Positions 1 through 13,063 of a stretch of DNA of 64,000 bases are shown here, in pieces; position 1 is the first letter of the stretch, and the number at the start of each line of letters is the position of its first letter. This stretch comes from Cycas panzhihuaensis. Lineage: Eukaryota > Plantae > Cycadophyta. The stretch is taken from the NCBI GenBank assembly GCA_023213395.1, contig CM041465.1, forward strand, positions 224,509,741 to 224,573,740, given 5' to 3'. The notes beneath the pieces are model-generated. The model saw only the letters and a program-made list of their open reading frames with translations. It was not told the origin of the DNA and ran no database searches. The position numbers and the translations under genes were made by a program.

Positions 1-429
1 CCTAAAGTATTCAATTCATTACAAATTTCTTTAATAGAAGCAAGAAATGCCGACATAAGCTTTACGTACTTTGTAGAATAAAGTTTTGCTTTTACCAACA
101 AAATGCGAGCTTCATCTCGCCTTTCATACAAAGAGGGCAAAATGCTCGAAACTTTCCTAGATGTTTCAGTATTTGAGATGTTTTGATCAACATTCACATT
201 AATAACCATATGTAAAAATGCCAAGGCTATTTAATCCTTGGCCTCCCAAGTAGCAACATAATCAAGATCATGATTAACAACAACACCATCAATCTCCATA
301 GGTTCAGGTAAAGGAATTCTGTCAGAAATAGCCCCAAAGTTCATTCATCTTTAAGAGGTTTCGTGTTTGCCTCTTCCAATCTTGATAATTCTCTTGACCT
401 GTCAACTTGATTATGCATGCATTAAGCAT
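1..429 (-). pseudogene. Copia gag N-terminus, decayed
   Basis: Minus-strand translation MLNACIIKLTGQENYQDWKRQTRNLLKMNELWGY, frameshift, ...TWEAKD*IALAFLHMVIN...EARILLVKAKLYSTK; typical copia gag start. Confidence 0.75.
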
Positions 430-1904
430 GTTTAAAGCAGCCAAGTTAAAGTTGTAAAGAGCTTGAAGCTAGCAGATGACTTGGAAACTCAATGCTTAAG
501 TTCCACCTTCTAACAAAACCAACATTCCTGATCTTACTAGAAGATCCAACAACTAAATGGAGTGATGAGGGGTGGAGGACTAGGCAAAAGAGTTGGTCCA
601 ACTCTGATCTATAGAAGAGATCCAACAATTGACCAAGCCAAATATAGGACAAGGCAGGTAGGGTTGATCTGTATGGACGTACCATGCTTTCCCTGGATTC
701 ACAACCTCAATAACACCTTTTTCGAACCTTCTTTCCCTCAAGCAATTTTAATTGTCGTGCACTGACCGTATGGTCGGTTGGTCCCCTAGGGAATGTACCA
801 AGCTTAATGCTATTTTAGAAGCAAGGTTTGAACATTTTTCGGGCCTCTCCAACAAGATTTTAAAAGTTACTTTTAGAAGATTAAAGTGGACTTAGGATTT
901 ATTTTACTTGGATGATGTACTTATGAAAGATGCTTGATTAAGCTTACAATGAAAATGCTTCAAAGGAAGCAATTTAATACATCAAATGAATGCTTAAAAG
1001 TGTTGTTACAAGACCACTTTATGAAGTGAAATAGTGCTATACAAATTCAAGTAAAATATGTTTGAGTGCAATGAGTTTTGATAAGAAAGGAATGCAAAGC
1101 CTTGTGATGAAAGTACAAGTAGGTTCTTTTTAATGCTCAAACTTGAAGAGAAGAAGACCACTTGCGAAATGAAAACACCAAACACCAAGTGTCGGGACTT
1201 TAAAATAGTCCTAACGATCAACAAATGAAGTGATTTTATTATGTAGAAGTGTTCTTGAGCCCTTTTTTGTGACTAAGGGCAACAAGTCACCATGTAAGGT
1301 GCCTTAAAGAAAGTGTTGGGAAAGTGATAAATATCACTTTGACAAAATATTAACACTTTAAAATAACTTTAACAAGGCCTTTTAACACTTGTGCAACGTC
1401 AAATAAGTGTTAAAGAAAGCTTGGAATGCCAAAAACAAAAGCTGAAATTCTAATTTTAAAATTTTTTTTTTGAAACTTTGAGGAACAAGGACACCTCGCA
1501 GGGAGCCTTAGAAAGCACTTTAAAACAAATATTGTTAATCTTCAATGATAAGAAAATGACTTAGCATCAGCCATTTAATGAACTCACTATGTATCAAAGA
1601 AGATTTTTTGATTTCAAAAGTGAAAAAAAAAAGATGATTTTTTCCTTAAATAACTTAAATTAATGGTCACCATGCAAGGTGCCTTTAATTAAAAAAAGCT
1701 TAAAAAGGAAAAAAAAAATCACTTTTTTTAATGTGAATAATTACAAAAAATACTTGACTTAGTCTTTTTTAACATAAAAGTTAGGTTAATGATGTCAAAA
1801 GATTGAAAAATCACTGAATTTGGCTTAAAAAAGATGATTTTCAATGATTTAAAACAAATTAACATAAAACTTTAGAATATAAAAAGTTTATGTAAATGAG
1901 AATA

Positions 1905-4900
1905 TGTTAGAAAATAATGTTTTATTCTGAGTCATAAGTTAATATGTCTTATGTATCCTTAAGTGACTGTTAATACACTTTGGTTACTTGTTAGTTCCAG
2001 GGTGGTTACAAACCCTATTAGTATATATGTACTTACATCATGAATAAGAATTGAATCGATTCTCTCTTTGATCATTGAGTTTGTCCAACATGGTATTAGA
2101 GCAGGATACCTTGACCTGTTGAAGAAGAAGATTGCCCTGAAGCCAGACCAGACCCAAAAAAGGGTCAAAGAATCTGAAAGGAAGCCAGAAGGGTTAAAGA
2201 GGGATGTGCCAAGCCTCTCAAAGGCAGAAAGGACTCTAGACTATTTCCGTACAATGCCAGAGTACGGATCTGTACAACCACAAAGTCAAAATTTTCAAAG
2301 TTCTCAAATTGACGCGAAACTTGGCAGAATATAGATTGGGGCATTCTGAACAAGTTTTCCTTCTGCGGCAAGTCCATTCAAGGTCATTTTCATCGAGTTT
2401 TTAGCCAAAATCAAGTTTGCATGGAACAGAGGAAATACAATGAAAAATCTTAAATTTTCTTCATTTTTTTCACTGACGATTGGATGCAAAAGATCTATCC
2501 TTGGATTTTGATCACATTTGAAGTCTTTTTTGCAATTTTTGTTGGCTATTTCAATCAAAATAAGCGATTTTCCTCTAGAACCCTAGTCGCAAATTCTAGC
2601 TTTTGGGGCTAATTTCTCCTCTATTTAAAGTTGGTATCTTAGATCTAATGTAGATCCTAATTTGCCTCTGAACAAGCTTTCATTCAAGGTACACTTCGTT
2701 CCCATCCGTACAACTTTCATACCGCACGAAAATCTGTACAATCATACGGCCTAGGGCATCAAGAATCATATTTTTGGCTTAAGAATGACGTCCTCCATCT
2801 TAGCCCTATCCGAAAGTGACAAACTCACTGATAATAATTATCGCATATGGAAGATTAAGATAGAAACCCTTCTTAGGGTAAAAAATGTCTAGCAAATTGC
2901 TATTGGAAATGAAGCTAAACCTCAAGATCCAGGTGATACCAAAACTAATTGGGAAGAAAGGGATATTACTGAAGTCATAATATTAAAACTATCAATATCT
3001 GACCCTCTTCTTATTTATGTAGAAAGTCTTTATTCCATCCAAAGCATTTGGAAATATCTGGAGAATTTGCATGCACAGAAAAATAGAGCTAAGATAATAG
3101 CTCTTAAAGAAGAATTGTTCAAACTCCACATGAAGGAGTCAGAAACAATCATAGAATTTTTATATAAGTTGATTTCACTGAAAAATGATCTGGCTAGTGC
3201 AGGTGATCCAATCTCAGTTCAGGCATTAGCGAAATTGGTGATTAGCAAACTGCCCAAATCATTTGATGTTACAATAAACACCATCACTAATGCAAATCAA
3301 ATAACAACTATGACAATGGACACCTTGACAGGACTCTTACTCCAACAGGAGCAAAGAAACAGGTGGTACGAAGATGTAGGAGATCTTGAGGACACATTTG
3401 CTTCTAGATTGAGTCTGGGATTTGGAGGGCGAAGTAGAGGAAGAGGAAAAGCTCCATAAACTCATACTTCATCACGAGGACGTTGGCAAGACTCAAGAGG
3501 ATGAGGCCACAACACACCATCGAAGATTTGTTACTCTTGTGGTAAGATTGGTCACTTTGCTAATTCCTACAAAACCTTTGATATATGTTACCATTGTGGA
3601 AAATCAGGACACTGCCCATACTAGTGCAAGAAAGTAGACATCCAGAGAGGGAAGAAGCCCATGGGAAACAATAGCAAAGAACAAGAAGGTGATGATGATC
3701 ATGATGAAGAGGAAGAAACAACGTTCATTGTGGCCCTTACAACAAGCCTCCAGGACAAAGACATATGGTACATTGATTTAGGAGTGTCACGTCATATGAC
3801 GGGTCGAGAAGAGTGGTTCGAGACTTTACAACCCTACACCGCCAGCAAATCAGTAGAATTGGGAGATAAATACTCCCTTGAAATTAAAGGAATTGGAACT
3901 GTTGTAGTTAAAATAAAAGACATAATTGAAAAAATTGGAAATGCACTTCTGGTGCTAGGTCTAAAAATGAATCTCCTATCTGTCTCTCAACTCGAATAGA
4001 AGGGTTTAAGCACTGTGTTTGATGAAAAGGGTTTTTGTTACATCCTTGATATGGAAAACAATGGGAATGTAATTGCAAAAGGGGTTGAGAGCAATGACCT
4101 GTATAGGCTGCTATCACACCCCATTTTGCCTGATGTAAAAGCCTGTGGTGCTATAAGTCTTAATGAGAAAATGTGGCATTTGAAGTACAGTCATCTTCCC
4201 ATAGAAAAATTAAAAAATATGGAGAAGAAAAGCTTAGTGAATGGTTTACTTCACTTCACATCAAATAATTTCATTTGTAAAGGGTGTCAATTTGGTAAAA
4301 AGCATAGACAACCATTTCAAGAAAGCAAGTGGCGGGCCCAAGAAAAATTAGAGTTGATACATACAGATCTGTATGGTCCTTTCACTCCACACTCTATAAA
4401 CGGAATTAGATACTTTCTTACTTTCATAGATGATCTGACCAGAAAAATCTAGGTTTATTTTTTGCGTACTAAGTCTGAAGTTTTTGATATGTTTAAAGAA
4501 TTTAAAGTTGAACCAGAACTAGAAACTAATACCAAAATCAAATGCATAAGGTCTGACGGTGGAGGTGAATATATCTCCAAAGAATTTTTGGAGTATTGCA
4601 AAGCTAGAGGAATACAAAGACAATTTTCAACTCCCTACACACCCCAATCCAATGGGGTTGCAGAAAGGAAAAATAGGGTTATCATGGAAATGGCAAGGAG
4701 CATGATGCATGGGAAAAATGTTCCAAAGTCATATTGGGCCAAAGCAGTTAGTACAATTTGCTATTTACTAAATAGAAGTTCAACCAAGGCAATAGAACGA
4801 TACACCCCAGAAGAAGCATGGTCAGGAAGGAAGCCTGACATAAGCCATCTAAAGGTATTTGGAAGCCAAGCCTTTGTTCATATCCCTGATAAGAAAAGAA

Positions 4901-7047
4901 CCAAGCTAGATTCAAAAAGTCTAGAATGCATCATGGTAGGATACAACAAAAGTTCGAAGGCATACAAGTGTATAGATCCCAAAACCAATAAAGTTTATGT
5001 AAGTTGAGATGTTGTCTTCAATGGGGAAGACAAAGAAGAAAATACAAGTAAAATTCAAGAAATAGAAAGGATACCTCAAGCAGCTCCACCAGGCAATTCT
5101 GCAGAAGAAGAATCAAACATAACCTTGGAAGAAATCTCAGAAGGATCCACTTCATCCCAGGAATTGTACTCAGACTCCACCATTGAAGAAGGCCCCTCCA
5201 AAGAAACAAATGTTGAAGAAAAAAAGGTCCCTAGATGGTATCTCAAAACTATAGAAGAAAGTAAAGGTGAGATATTTCCTCATAGACCCAGAAGCGAAAA
5301 GCCAGGGGCCTTATTTAGTAGTATAGAGCCACAATCCTTTTTTGAAGCCGAAGATCATACAAAATGGAAGAAGGCCATGGATGATGAGATAAATTCAATA
5401 AACAAAAATCAAACTTGGGAACTAGTGGATCTACGATTAAATAAATCAGCTGTAAACTGCAAATTGGTATATAAAATAAAAAGGGGTCCTGATGGAAAGA
5501 TTGAGAAATACAAGGCCAGATTGGTTGCAAATGGATATAGCCAAACTGCAACGATAGACTATGAAGAAACCTTCTCTCCAGTGGCCAAATTAAACACAGT
5601 AAGAACAGTCATATCCCTGGCAACTCAAAGAAATTGGAAAATATTTCAGCTGGACGTGAAAAGTGCTTTTTTGAATGGAGAAATAGAAGAAGAGGGGTAT
5701 ATGTCCCAACCAGAAGGCTACATCAGAAAAGGACAAGAGCATTTGGTATGCAAGTTAAAAAAGGCTCTATATGGTTTAAAACAAGCTCTCGGTGCATGGT
5801 ATGCTAAATTGGATAGTCATCTTAGCGAAAATGGGTTCAGAAAGAGCAACTTAGATTCGAGTTTATATATAAAAAATAGAAATGGAGCAATAAGCATAAT
5901 AGTAGTTAACGTTGATGACATGATCCTCACAGGTGATGATAACGAATCATTATGTGATATAAAGAAACAATTGGAAAAGAAATTGGAGATGACTGATCTA
6001 GGACTTCTCAACTATTACTTGGGGATCCAAATTGAACAACAAATTGATTCAGTTACCTTGTGTCAAAGTAAATATATCAAAGATTTGCTGACAAGGTTTA
6101 GAATGGAAGAGTGCAATCCTTGCTCTACTCCCATGGAAGTAAACTATAATTTAGTGCCAGTTGAAGGAGAACCCTACTTTAATGCGACATTATACAAACA
6201 ACTTGTTGGAAGTCTCGTCTACCTTATAGCAACCAGACCTAACATCTCGTATGCTGTGAGTCTAATACTGAGATATATGCATGAGCCAAAAATAAGACAT
6301 TGGAATGTTGGAAAAAGAATCTTGAGATGTCTCAAAGGAACAACTGAATTGAAGCTAATGTTTCCAAAGAAAACATCAGGTCAATTAATAGGATTCTGTG
6401 ACTCAGAGTGGGTAGGCGATAAAGAACAAAGAAAGTCAACCAATGGATATTGCTTCTTCCTAGGATCATCGCCAATCTCTTGGAGTAGTAAAAAACAAGC
6501 CACTGTAGCACTATCGTCAATCGAAGCAAAATACAAATCAACTGTCAGCGCCGCAACAGAAGCAGTTTGGCTCAGACAACTAATGGAAGACCTAAAAGCT
6601 TCTCAAAGATCTGCAACAACTCTTTATTGCGACAATTAGAGTATAATCAAGCTCACCAAAAATCTAGTATTCCATGCCAGAACTAAACACATTGAAGTTC
6701 AACATCATTTTATTAGGGAAAATGTTCAAAATAAAGAAATAGATCGTCTATTATCCCACAAATGAACAAGTAGCTGATATATTGACAAAATCACTAGGGA
6801 AAGGCAAATCCAAATTCTTAGAGACAAAATAGGACTAGTTGGATAAAACATTAAGAGAGGGTGTTAGAAAATAATGTTCTATCCTAAGTTATAAGTTAAT
6901 ATGTCTTATGTATCCTTAAGTGACCGTTAATACACTTTGGTTACTTGTTAGTTCCAGGGTGGTTACAAACCCTATTAGTATATATGTACTTACATCATGA
7001 ATAAGAATTGAATTGATTCTCTCTTTGATCATTGAGTTTGTCCAACA
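1905..7047 (+). mobile_element. Full-length Ty1/copia element with short LTRs, nested in the leader of the previous element
   Basis: 186-bp LTRs at 1905-2090 and 6862-7047 (6 differences, all transitions); TSD GAATA (1900-1904, 7048-7052); PBS tggtattagagc 2091-2102; PPT aagagaggg 6853-6861; domain order gag-PR-INT-RT-RH. Confidence 0.97.
2785..6846 (+). pseudogene. Copia gag-pol polyprotein with stops and frameshifts
   Basis: ORF fragments contain gag, zinc knuckles, WYIDLGVSRHM protease, CIRSDGGGEY integrase, QLDVKSAFLNG and VNVDDM RT, and ARTKHIEVQHHF RNase H motifs. Confidence 0.95.
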
Positions 7048-7737
7048 GAATATTCAAAAAAATATTCTTAAAATTATAATCTAAAGTCAAAATGTTAAAG
7101 TGTAAGTTTGAAATATTTCAAAAAATTGGATTTCGTCAAATGGCAGCTGCTCGGGTGACTTTTCGAACATGCAAGAGCCCTGAACCCAATGTAGACTCAA
7201 CGGATCGCAATGAGATTTTGAGGGTAGGGTCGCACAACATGTATGGAGGTATATCTCCAATTTGAGCTCTCTTTTTTGCTTCTAGACAAAGAACGAACGA
7301 AGTGAAGCCAAAGCTGGGCGCATAGTTGGAGAGTGAGAAAATGGCAGTGCAACACTGTTTAACACTTCCGTACAACCATGAGGAGGACGTGTGGGACCCA
7401 CAAAGAGTGTACAGACTTCTTCAGATGAGCAGGACACTCCAGCAAGTGTGCATGAGCAATTTTGAACTCTCCAAGTGGGGTTTTAGGGCTGAAAATACCC
7501 AAAATTAATTCACAGCCTCTGAAGGTGGTCTTAAAAAGATTTCAGATTAGAGTATAATGAGCTCCAGCCTTTAGAATGCTCTAGAAAAGTCTTGATCTGC
7601 AATGGTAAGTTTAAACAAACCTTGGATCGCCTTCGAAGAGCGAAGGTCATCACCAAGGGTTTGTAAAACCCACTCTAAGTCTCTTGAAGAAGAAATCAGA
7701 ATAGAGGGAACTAGTCTCCTCTAGCTTTGATACCAAA

Positions 7738-8481
7738 TGTTGAGAAGGCCAAAGGTTGAGAATGCCTAAGAACAATAATATCTAAGATCATGAAGATAGT
7801 TCACTCTAGTTCTAGAAAGCATAAGAGCATAACTAACAAGGGAAATGAAGTAAAAGATAAGCAAGACTAAAATCAAAGGAGCAAGATGATACCAAAGTGT
7901 GAGGAGAAGGAATTAGTCCAACTCCAAAGGAATACCAGTTGATTAGCAAACTGATAGCATAACATTACACTCCAACTCTACATATGAGACATGAAGAGAG
8001 GTCTCAATATATAGAGAAATAAGGTTACCTAACAGCATTGGATGTTTGCCAAGTGGCAAACATCCAAGCTACATGCAATGCATGTCTTGCATGTCATGCA
8101 TGAAGGACATGTGTCCTTTTGGGCTCTCAAGTGAGCAAAGATGCATGAGGGTCCATTTGACCCTTTAGTACAATGTTATGTCACTAAGAAGAATGTAGGT
8201 GTGCACTTTATCACTTAAGTGATAAGTCACCCCATAAAGTACAAATAATGAATGAAAGAATAAAGTGAATAAAGTACATACTTAACATGTAAACATGAGG
8301 TTTAACATAGAAGCCACTTTGACTTGTGATTGAATGATTGATGATAATAGCACCAAACAAGCTCTCCATCTCCCAAAGATGACTTTTGAAGAGTTCTAGA
8401 GACTTGTAAACTCAATAGAAGATAAGAGAAGAGATAGAAATATGAATAATGAGTAGAGATGTTGAGTTCAACTCATCAACA
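7738..8481 (-). repeat. 5' LTR (~744 bp) of the minus-strand copia
   Basis: TG..CA ends with 6-bp inverted termini, adjacent PBS, TATA-like ctatata on the minus strand near 8008-8014. The partner LTR is outside the window. Confidence 0.7.
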
Positions 8482-9229
8482 TAATGATTATGGGGATTTT
8501 TTTTAGCCCATAGTTTTGTAATACCAACTTAGCGCATGGTTTTGCCATTCTGGAAACTCATAGTTTTGTTGGTCCATGGTTTTGTGGTCTATTATTTTGG
8601 CCCATTATTTTTTGGCCCATTGTCTTGACCCGTGTTTTTTTTTCGGTTAAAACGTTGTTTAGGTTAAAATTAGATTATAACTTCATTTCATTTATAATTT
8701 ATAATATTTTAAAATATTTTGTAAGTGATTTGAGGGGCCCACTCGATTTTGGAAATTGATCGAAAATTATTGTAGGGTTCCCAAAAACACTTGAAACGAC
8801 TTGAAAATGTTTCTAGATTTCTTGTTGCTTCCCTTTCATTTCTTTGTTTCAAAAATGAGAAATGTTAGGGGAAGTTATCATATTTTGAATGACATACTCA
8901 AACATGAGAAACTTAAGGGCAACATAATGAATTGGATGGCAATTTGCATGTGGCAAGAGAAGAGTTGTCATGTTTATCGACACAAGTGAGGATGAGATCA
9001 TTCTTTCTTCTTCCCATCTAATGTCAGTGATGAAGGTCTTGCAATTGCTTGGGAAATTTTGACCAAACTAGGAGCATTTGTGTTGAAGGCTAATCAAACA
9101 ATATATAAGTTGATTACAATTCAAACAGATCTAAAATAATTAAAGAAGAAGCATGCAATTATTAAACTGGAAAGCATAAACATGACTTAGGTGTGCAAAA
9201 TGTGCAATTGATGGAGAAAGAATCTTGCA

Positions 9230-9960
9230 TCCAATTATTGAAGGCTATTCCAAAAGCTCAGGTATGATAAGTTGAGTCACTGGCTGTAGCATTGTTAGAC
9301 ATTTGCAAAAGCTCAACGTGTGGAATTTAACAAGATCAAGAGGACATTGAAATGCCATTTGGTGTTTGTCTTTATGTGAGTAGCAGTGAGACCAATATGG
9401 GCATTTCATCCAAGGGGGGAAGAGTTGGACTCCCTTAAGTTCAGATTCCTTAGAAGTTTATTTTTTTGTTTGTTTTTCTATTTTATGTCATGTATTGGCA
9501 TTGGAACTAGTAAGGATAGGTAGGTAATGTTAGAAATAACATCACCAAAGTAGTGGAGTATGTTTGAGTGAGGTCAAGCATAGTTTATTTTCTAGATGAT
9601 GCATTTTAGATGTATGTATATATAGGGGTGAGGTGCTGTAAGATAATTCAATGTCTATTGGTTGTAATGCAAAGTTAATGAGTTGAGAGGCAAATATGTA
9701 ATTAGTGGGTACTAGAAATTGCTACCCACATAACAAGTCATTAAGGTTGACATGTATTATGCTTGCTACTAGTCATAGGAGGTTAGTTAAAACTAGTGGT
9801 TGCAATCTAATGATTTTTAGAGACTATGAGAATGTATTATCATATGGAGTTATTTTTGCATTTGTAATTTTATTGTTGGTAGAATTGAAATATGATGGAT
9901 GTAAATGGGTAATTTCCCAATTTGAAGGTCTTCCAATTTATTGCAACCAATGATTATATT
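9230..9960 (+). mobile_element. Possible degraded 3' end and LTR of an old LTR element
   Basis: Purine tract aaggggggaagag at about 9412-9424 followed by LTR-like sequence with tatatatagggg. No partner LTR or TSD found; boundaries approximate. Confidence 0.3.
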
Positions 9961-10056
9961 TTAGGGGAAAAAAATATTCAAAGATATCTTCTTACTTCAC
10001 CTTTGCAATCATGGTTGAAATAATTATTGTTAGCTTCAATTTCTTACTTCATGCAG

Positions 10057-10138
10057 GGCGATGTTATCTTTGATGCAATGCTAAATCAGACTAATGTTGG
10101 GGAAAACAACAACAAGTTTTATGTTATTCAAGCTCTAG
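10057..10138 (+). CDS. PARP2: PARP2 exon, N-terminal part of WGR domain
   Basis: Pyrimidine tract + atgcag|GGC GAT GTT...GCT CTA G|gtgggt; 82 nt encoding GDVIFDAMLNQTNVGENNNKFYVIQAL. Too short for the ORF track. Confidence 0.93.
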
Positions 10139-10956
10139 GTGGGTCTATTATCTTATGATATTTGGGTTAAATGTTTTCGTTTTTGATCTCTATGCCATCT
10201 TTTCACTCTTGATGGTGGTTTTCCTTTATATCTATCTATCTATATTCTTTTGAAAGAACATGAAAATTTTCAGTTAAAGATTTTTGAAGTCCATATTATT
10301 GTCTATATGGTAAGATAATGCAGAGGTATTTGTAGATCAATTATATGAGAGGCAAAATTTTAGTGGGTTAGCACTTAGATGGGTTTGATTTTAAATGATC
10401 TTTTACGATTGGTGCATATTTGTTGTATAAGTCATAGTTTTGTATTATCAAATTAATTTGTTAGCATGGTCGTTATATATGCACTCCGACCTTTCACTTG
10501 TTTTGGGGTACAAATATGCATAGGTCAAGTGACCCTAGGGTCTAGTAATTCTTCTTCTTACAAAGTATAAATGGAATATAAGTGCAAAGTTTTGAGAGGT
10601 AGTGTTTCTTATTTTGAATGAAACTTGAATGAAATTGTATAAATCTCTGGGGGGCTTTTTATTTTTTTATTTTATTAAAAAGTTTTCAAATGTTACATTT
10701 AATTTGAAATTGATATGCTTACATGGTAATAAGAAAGGAAGAATTTTTGCTTGATCATTTTTGTAAGTAATGTGTTAGCTTTTGAAAGGTAGTTATTTAG
10801 ACAATCGTTTCCATCATAATGTTTTCAAACACCAACATCAATGCCCTTTTCAAGGATGTCATGAGTTGAGGGTGTTGATTTACATGTCAACTATATGTGC
10901 GGTAGTTTTGACAAAATGAAGTATAAGAGATAATTAAGAGGCACAATCAATGGTCA

Positions 10957-11170
10957 GATTGCAATTGGCAAGTGCAATCACAGTCAGGATTGCAACTAGT
11001 AGGTACAATTAGAAGCCAAATTGCAATTAGTAAGTGCAATCATAGTCAAGATTACAACTTGCAGGTACAACAGAAGCTAGATTGCAATCAACAAGTGCAA
11101 TCACAATCGGGATTGCAATCAGTAACTATAATCACAATTGATAATGCAATTAGGAATCACAATTCGAACT
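10957..11170. repeat. Degenerate 31-bp (62-bp dimer) tandem array in the 5' LTR
   Basis: Alternating units gattgcaatc..aagtgcaatcacagtcag and gattgcaac..aggtacaatcagaagcta. Confidence 0.85.
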
Positions 11171-11799
11171 TCGATTATACCATTAGATTACAATCAATTA
11201 AAGGATTACAATCAGGATCATGATTAAAAGAAGATTTGGGTTAATTAGAGACACGAATGAGTTAGTTTGGTAGAAACATGAAAGACAGTTGAATCTGTGA
11301 TTGTATAAAAAATGTACTTGCTTCATGTATTATGTCTTAGATTAGGGATTCCATCTATCTTCTTGTTATACTGCTATAACCGATCTTTTCTCTGTTCGAG
11401 TCCTCCGATTTGTTCTATTCTTGGGACTACATATGGTTGTGAGAGAACTAGATGTAGTGCATGTTTGGATTAATGGAAATAGGTGGTTCATACTTGGAAA
11501 TTGTGCTATAAATTTTGGATGTTACATGTGTTCTTATATTTCTTTAAAGAATGTTGTTAGTAATTAGATAAGGAATGCATGACCATAGATTGGTTCTGTT
11601 GCCATTCCACATGAACCCTGGGAGGAAGGTGAGTAGAATGGACGCAACAAGGTGAAGGTAGGCGGGGTCTTTCCATGCCACCAAAGAATGATTTGGGAAT
11701 AAAGAAAGAGACATGACAGGAAAGGGCAACTGTTAGGCAAGTAGAAGATTGCAGGGAGGAGCATGTAGACCTAGATTTTTAATTCAACCAAGAAAATAG

Positions 11800-13063
11800 T
11801 TGAAGAGGAGACCACTTGTGAGGTTAGAGAAAGAAAAAGAACCAACACATGAAGAGAAAGAAGAAAATGAGGAGTCTATGAAATCAGAAGTAATAGGGCA
11901 ATCAACCCTAATTCAGAAAGTAGAAACCCATGAAGAAGCGGGGATAAAAGACCTAAAAGAAAATCAGAGGTATGCATTGGTTAAGGGCCTTGCCAATGAT
12001 GGAAATCTATAGTTAGATTCAAAAGTATCTACAAATCCGAAATTTTAGGCAATGGAAGCATGTATATACACTTTGAAAATTGGAGCACGTCCAGCGGAGG
12101 ATGGGACCATCCTACAGTTGAGGAGCGAACCCCTTATAATCAATACCAGAATCCTCTCTATATGATGATGGCAGAAAGAATGACCAACCCAATAGTGTCT
12201 AGACCATACACTTCAAGAGGCAACCCCTTGTAAGCAGGGAGTGTGATGGGAAATTCTCCAATAGGACATATTGGCATTAGATCAACAGTAAGTCCTAGAG
12301 GAAGTAGCCAAGGAGGATTGGTAATGTAATCACACAAAGGAGGAGGTGGTAATCAACCACCAACAGGAGGCACTGCTACCTCTGGGGTGGGGGTACGCGG
12401 AGGAATTGGGGGAGGCTATACACCACCAGTTGGCGGATTAATAGGGAATTTAACACCACCAGGCGGAGCACAATAGACAACTCCTTATGTTATTGTGCAG
12501 AATGATGTAGCCTTTGGCAATCTGTAATTTGATGGATCCAAAGATCCAGGGGATCACTTAGCATTGTTCACAAACATGCTAAAAATCAAGAGGATCGAAG
12601 ACCAAGAGGAGATCAAAGCTAGATTTTTTTTCAACTTTGTGGGGAGTTGCCATATCTTGGTATCAATACATCTCCATCCAAAATCCAACATGGGACCAGA
12701 TTCATATTCAATTTTTAGATCAATTCCAGAAATTGCATGATCCTATGGCTATTTTTCAAGCATTGGAAGAGATTTGCCAATTTCAAGATGAATTGGTGAG
12801 TGATTTTGATGGAAGAATGAGAATAATCATGAATAAGATGGATTTGACGACTCCAATTAATCTCATGCTTGCCCTAAAGCATTTTGTTTAAGGATTAGTT
12901 CCTCAATTAAAGGAGAATGTAACTTTGCATCCTATCAATAACTATGAGCAAGTACGAGAACTGACGTTGATGTTTGAAAACCAGATGAAGACGGCATATT
13001 TGCATCCCATAATGCGGATGGTGCCAAATTTCATAATGGGAGTCAGTTTTCAACTATTGGGAA
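11800..13063 (+). pseudogene. Ty3/gypsy gag, decayed and cut by a copia insertion
   Basis: FDGSKDPGDHLALFTNMLKIK...STLWGVAISWYQ...TWDQIHIQFLDQFQKL...QFQDELVSDFDGRM retrotransposon gag signature, preceded by acidic and Gly/Pro-rich segments. Confidence 0.8.

Larger units (their letters stand above)
1..8481 (-). mobile_element. Ty1/copia element, 5' part only (5' LTR, PBS, long leader, gag start), interrupted by a younger copia
   Basis: LTR 7738-8481 (tgttga...tcaaca); reverse-strand PBS tggtatcaaagc at 7724-7735; copia gag on the minus strand from 429 running off the window start. Confidence 0.8.

Noticed and set aside
2570-2590. Telomere-like aaccctag / ttaggg words scattered through the window
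   Set aside because: Single isolated copies with no tandem TTTAGGG array.
8500-8640. Subterminal repeats of a DNA transposon (gcccat.gttttg-like units)
   Set aside because: Too degenerate, with no terminal repeat or matching other end.
10957-11170. CRISPR-like array of ~31-bp palindromic repeats
   Set aside because: Units are contiguous and degenerate with no unique spacers, lie inside plant LTRs, and there are no cas genes.
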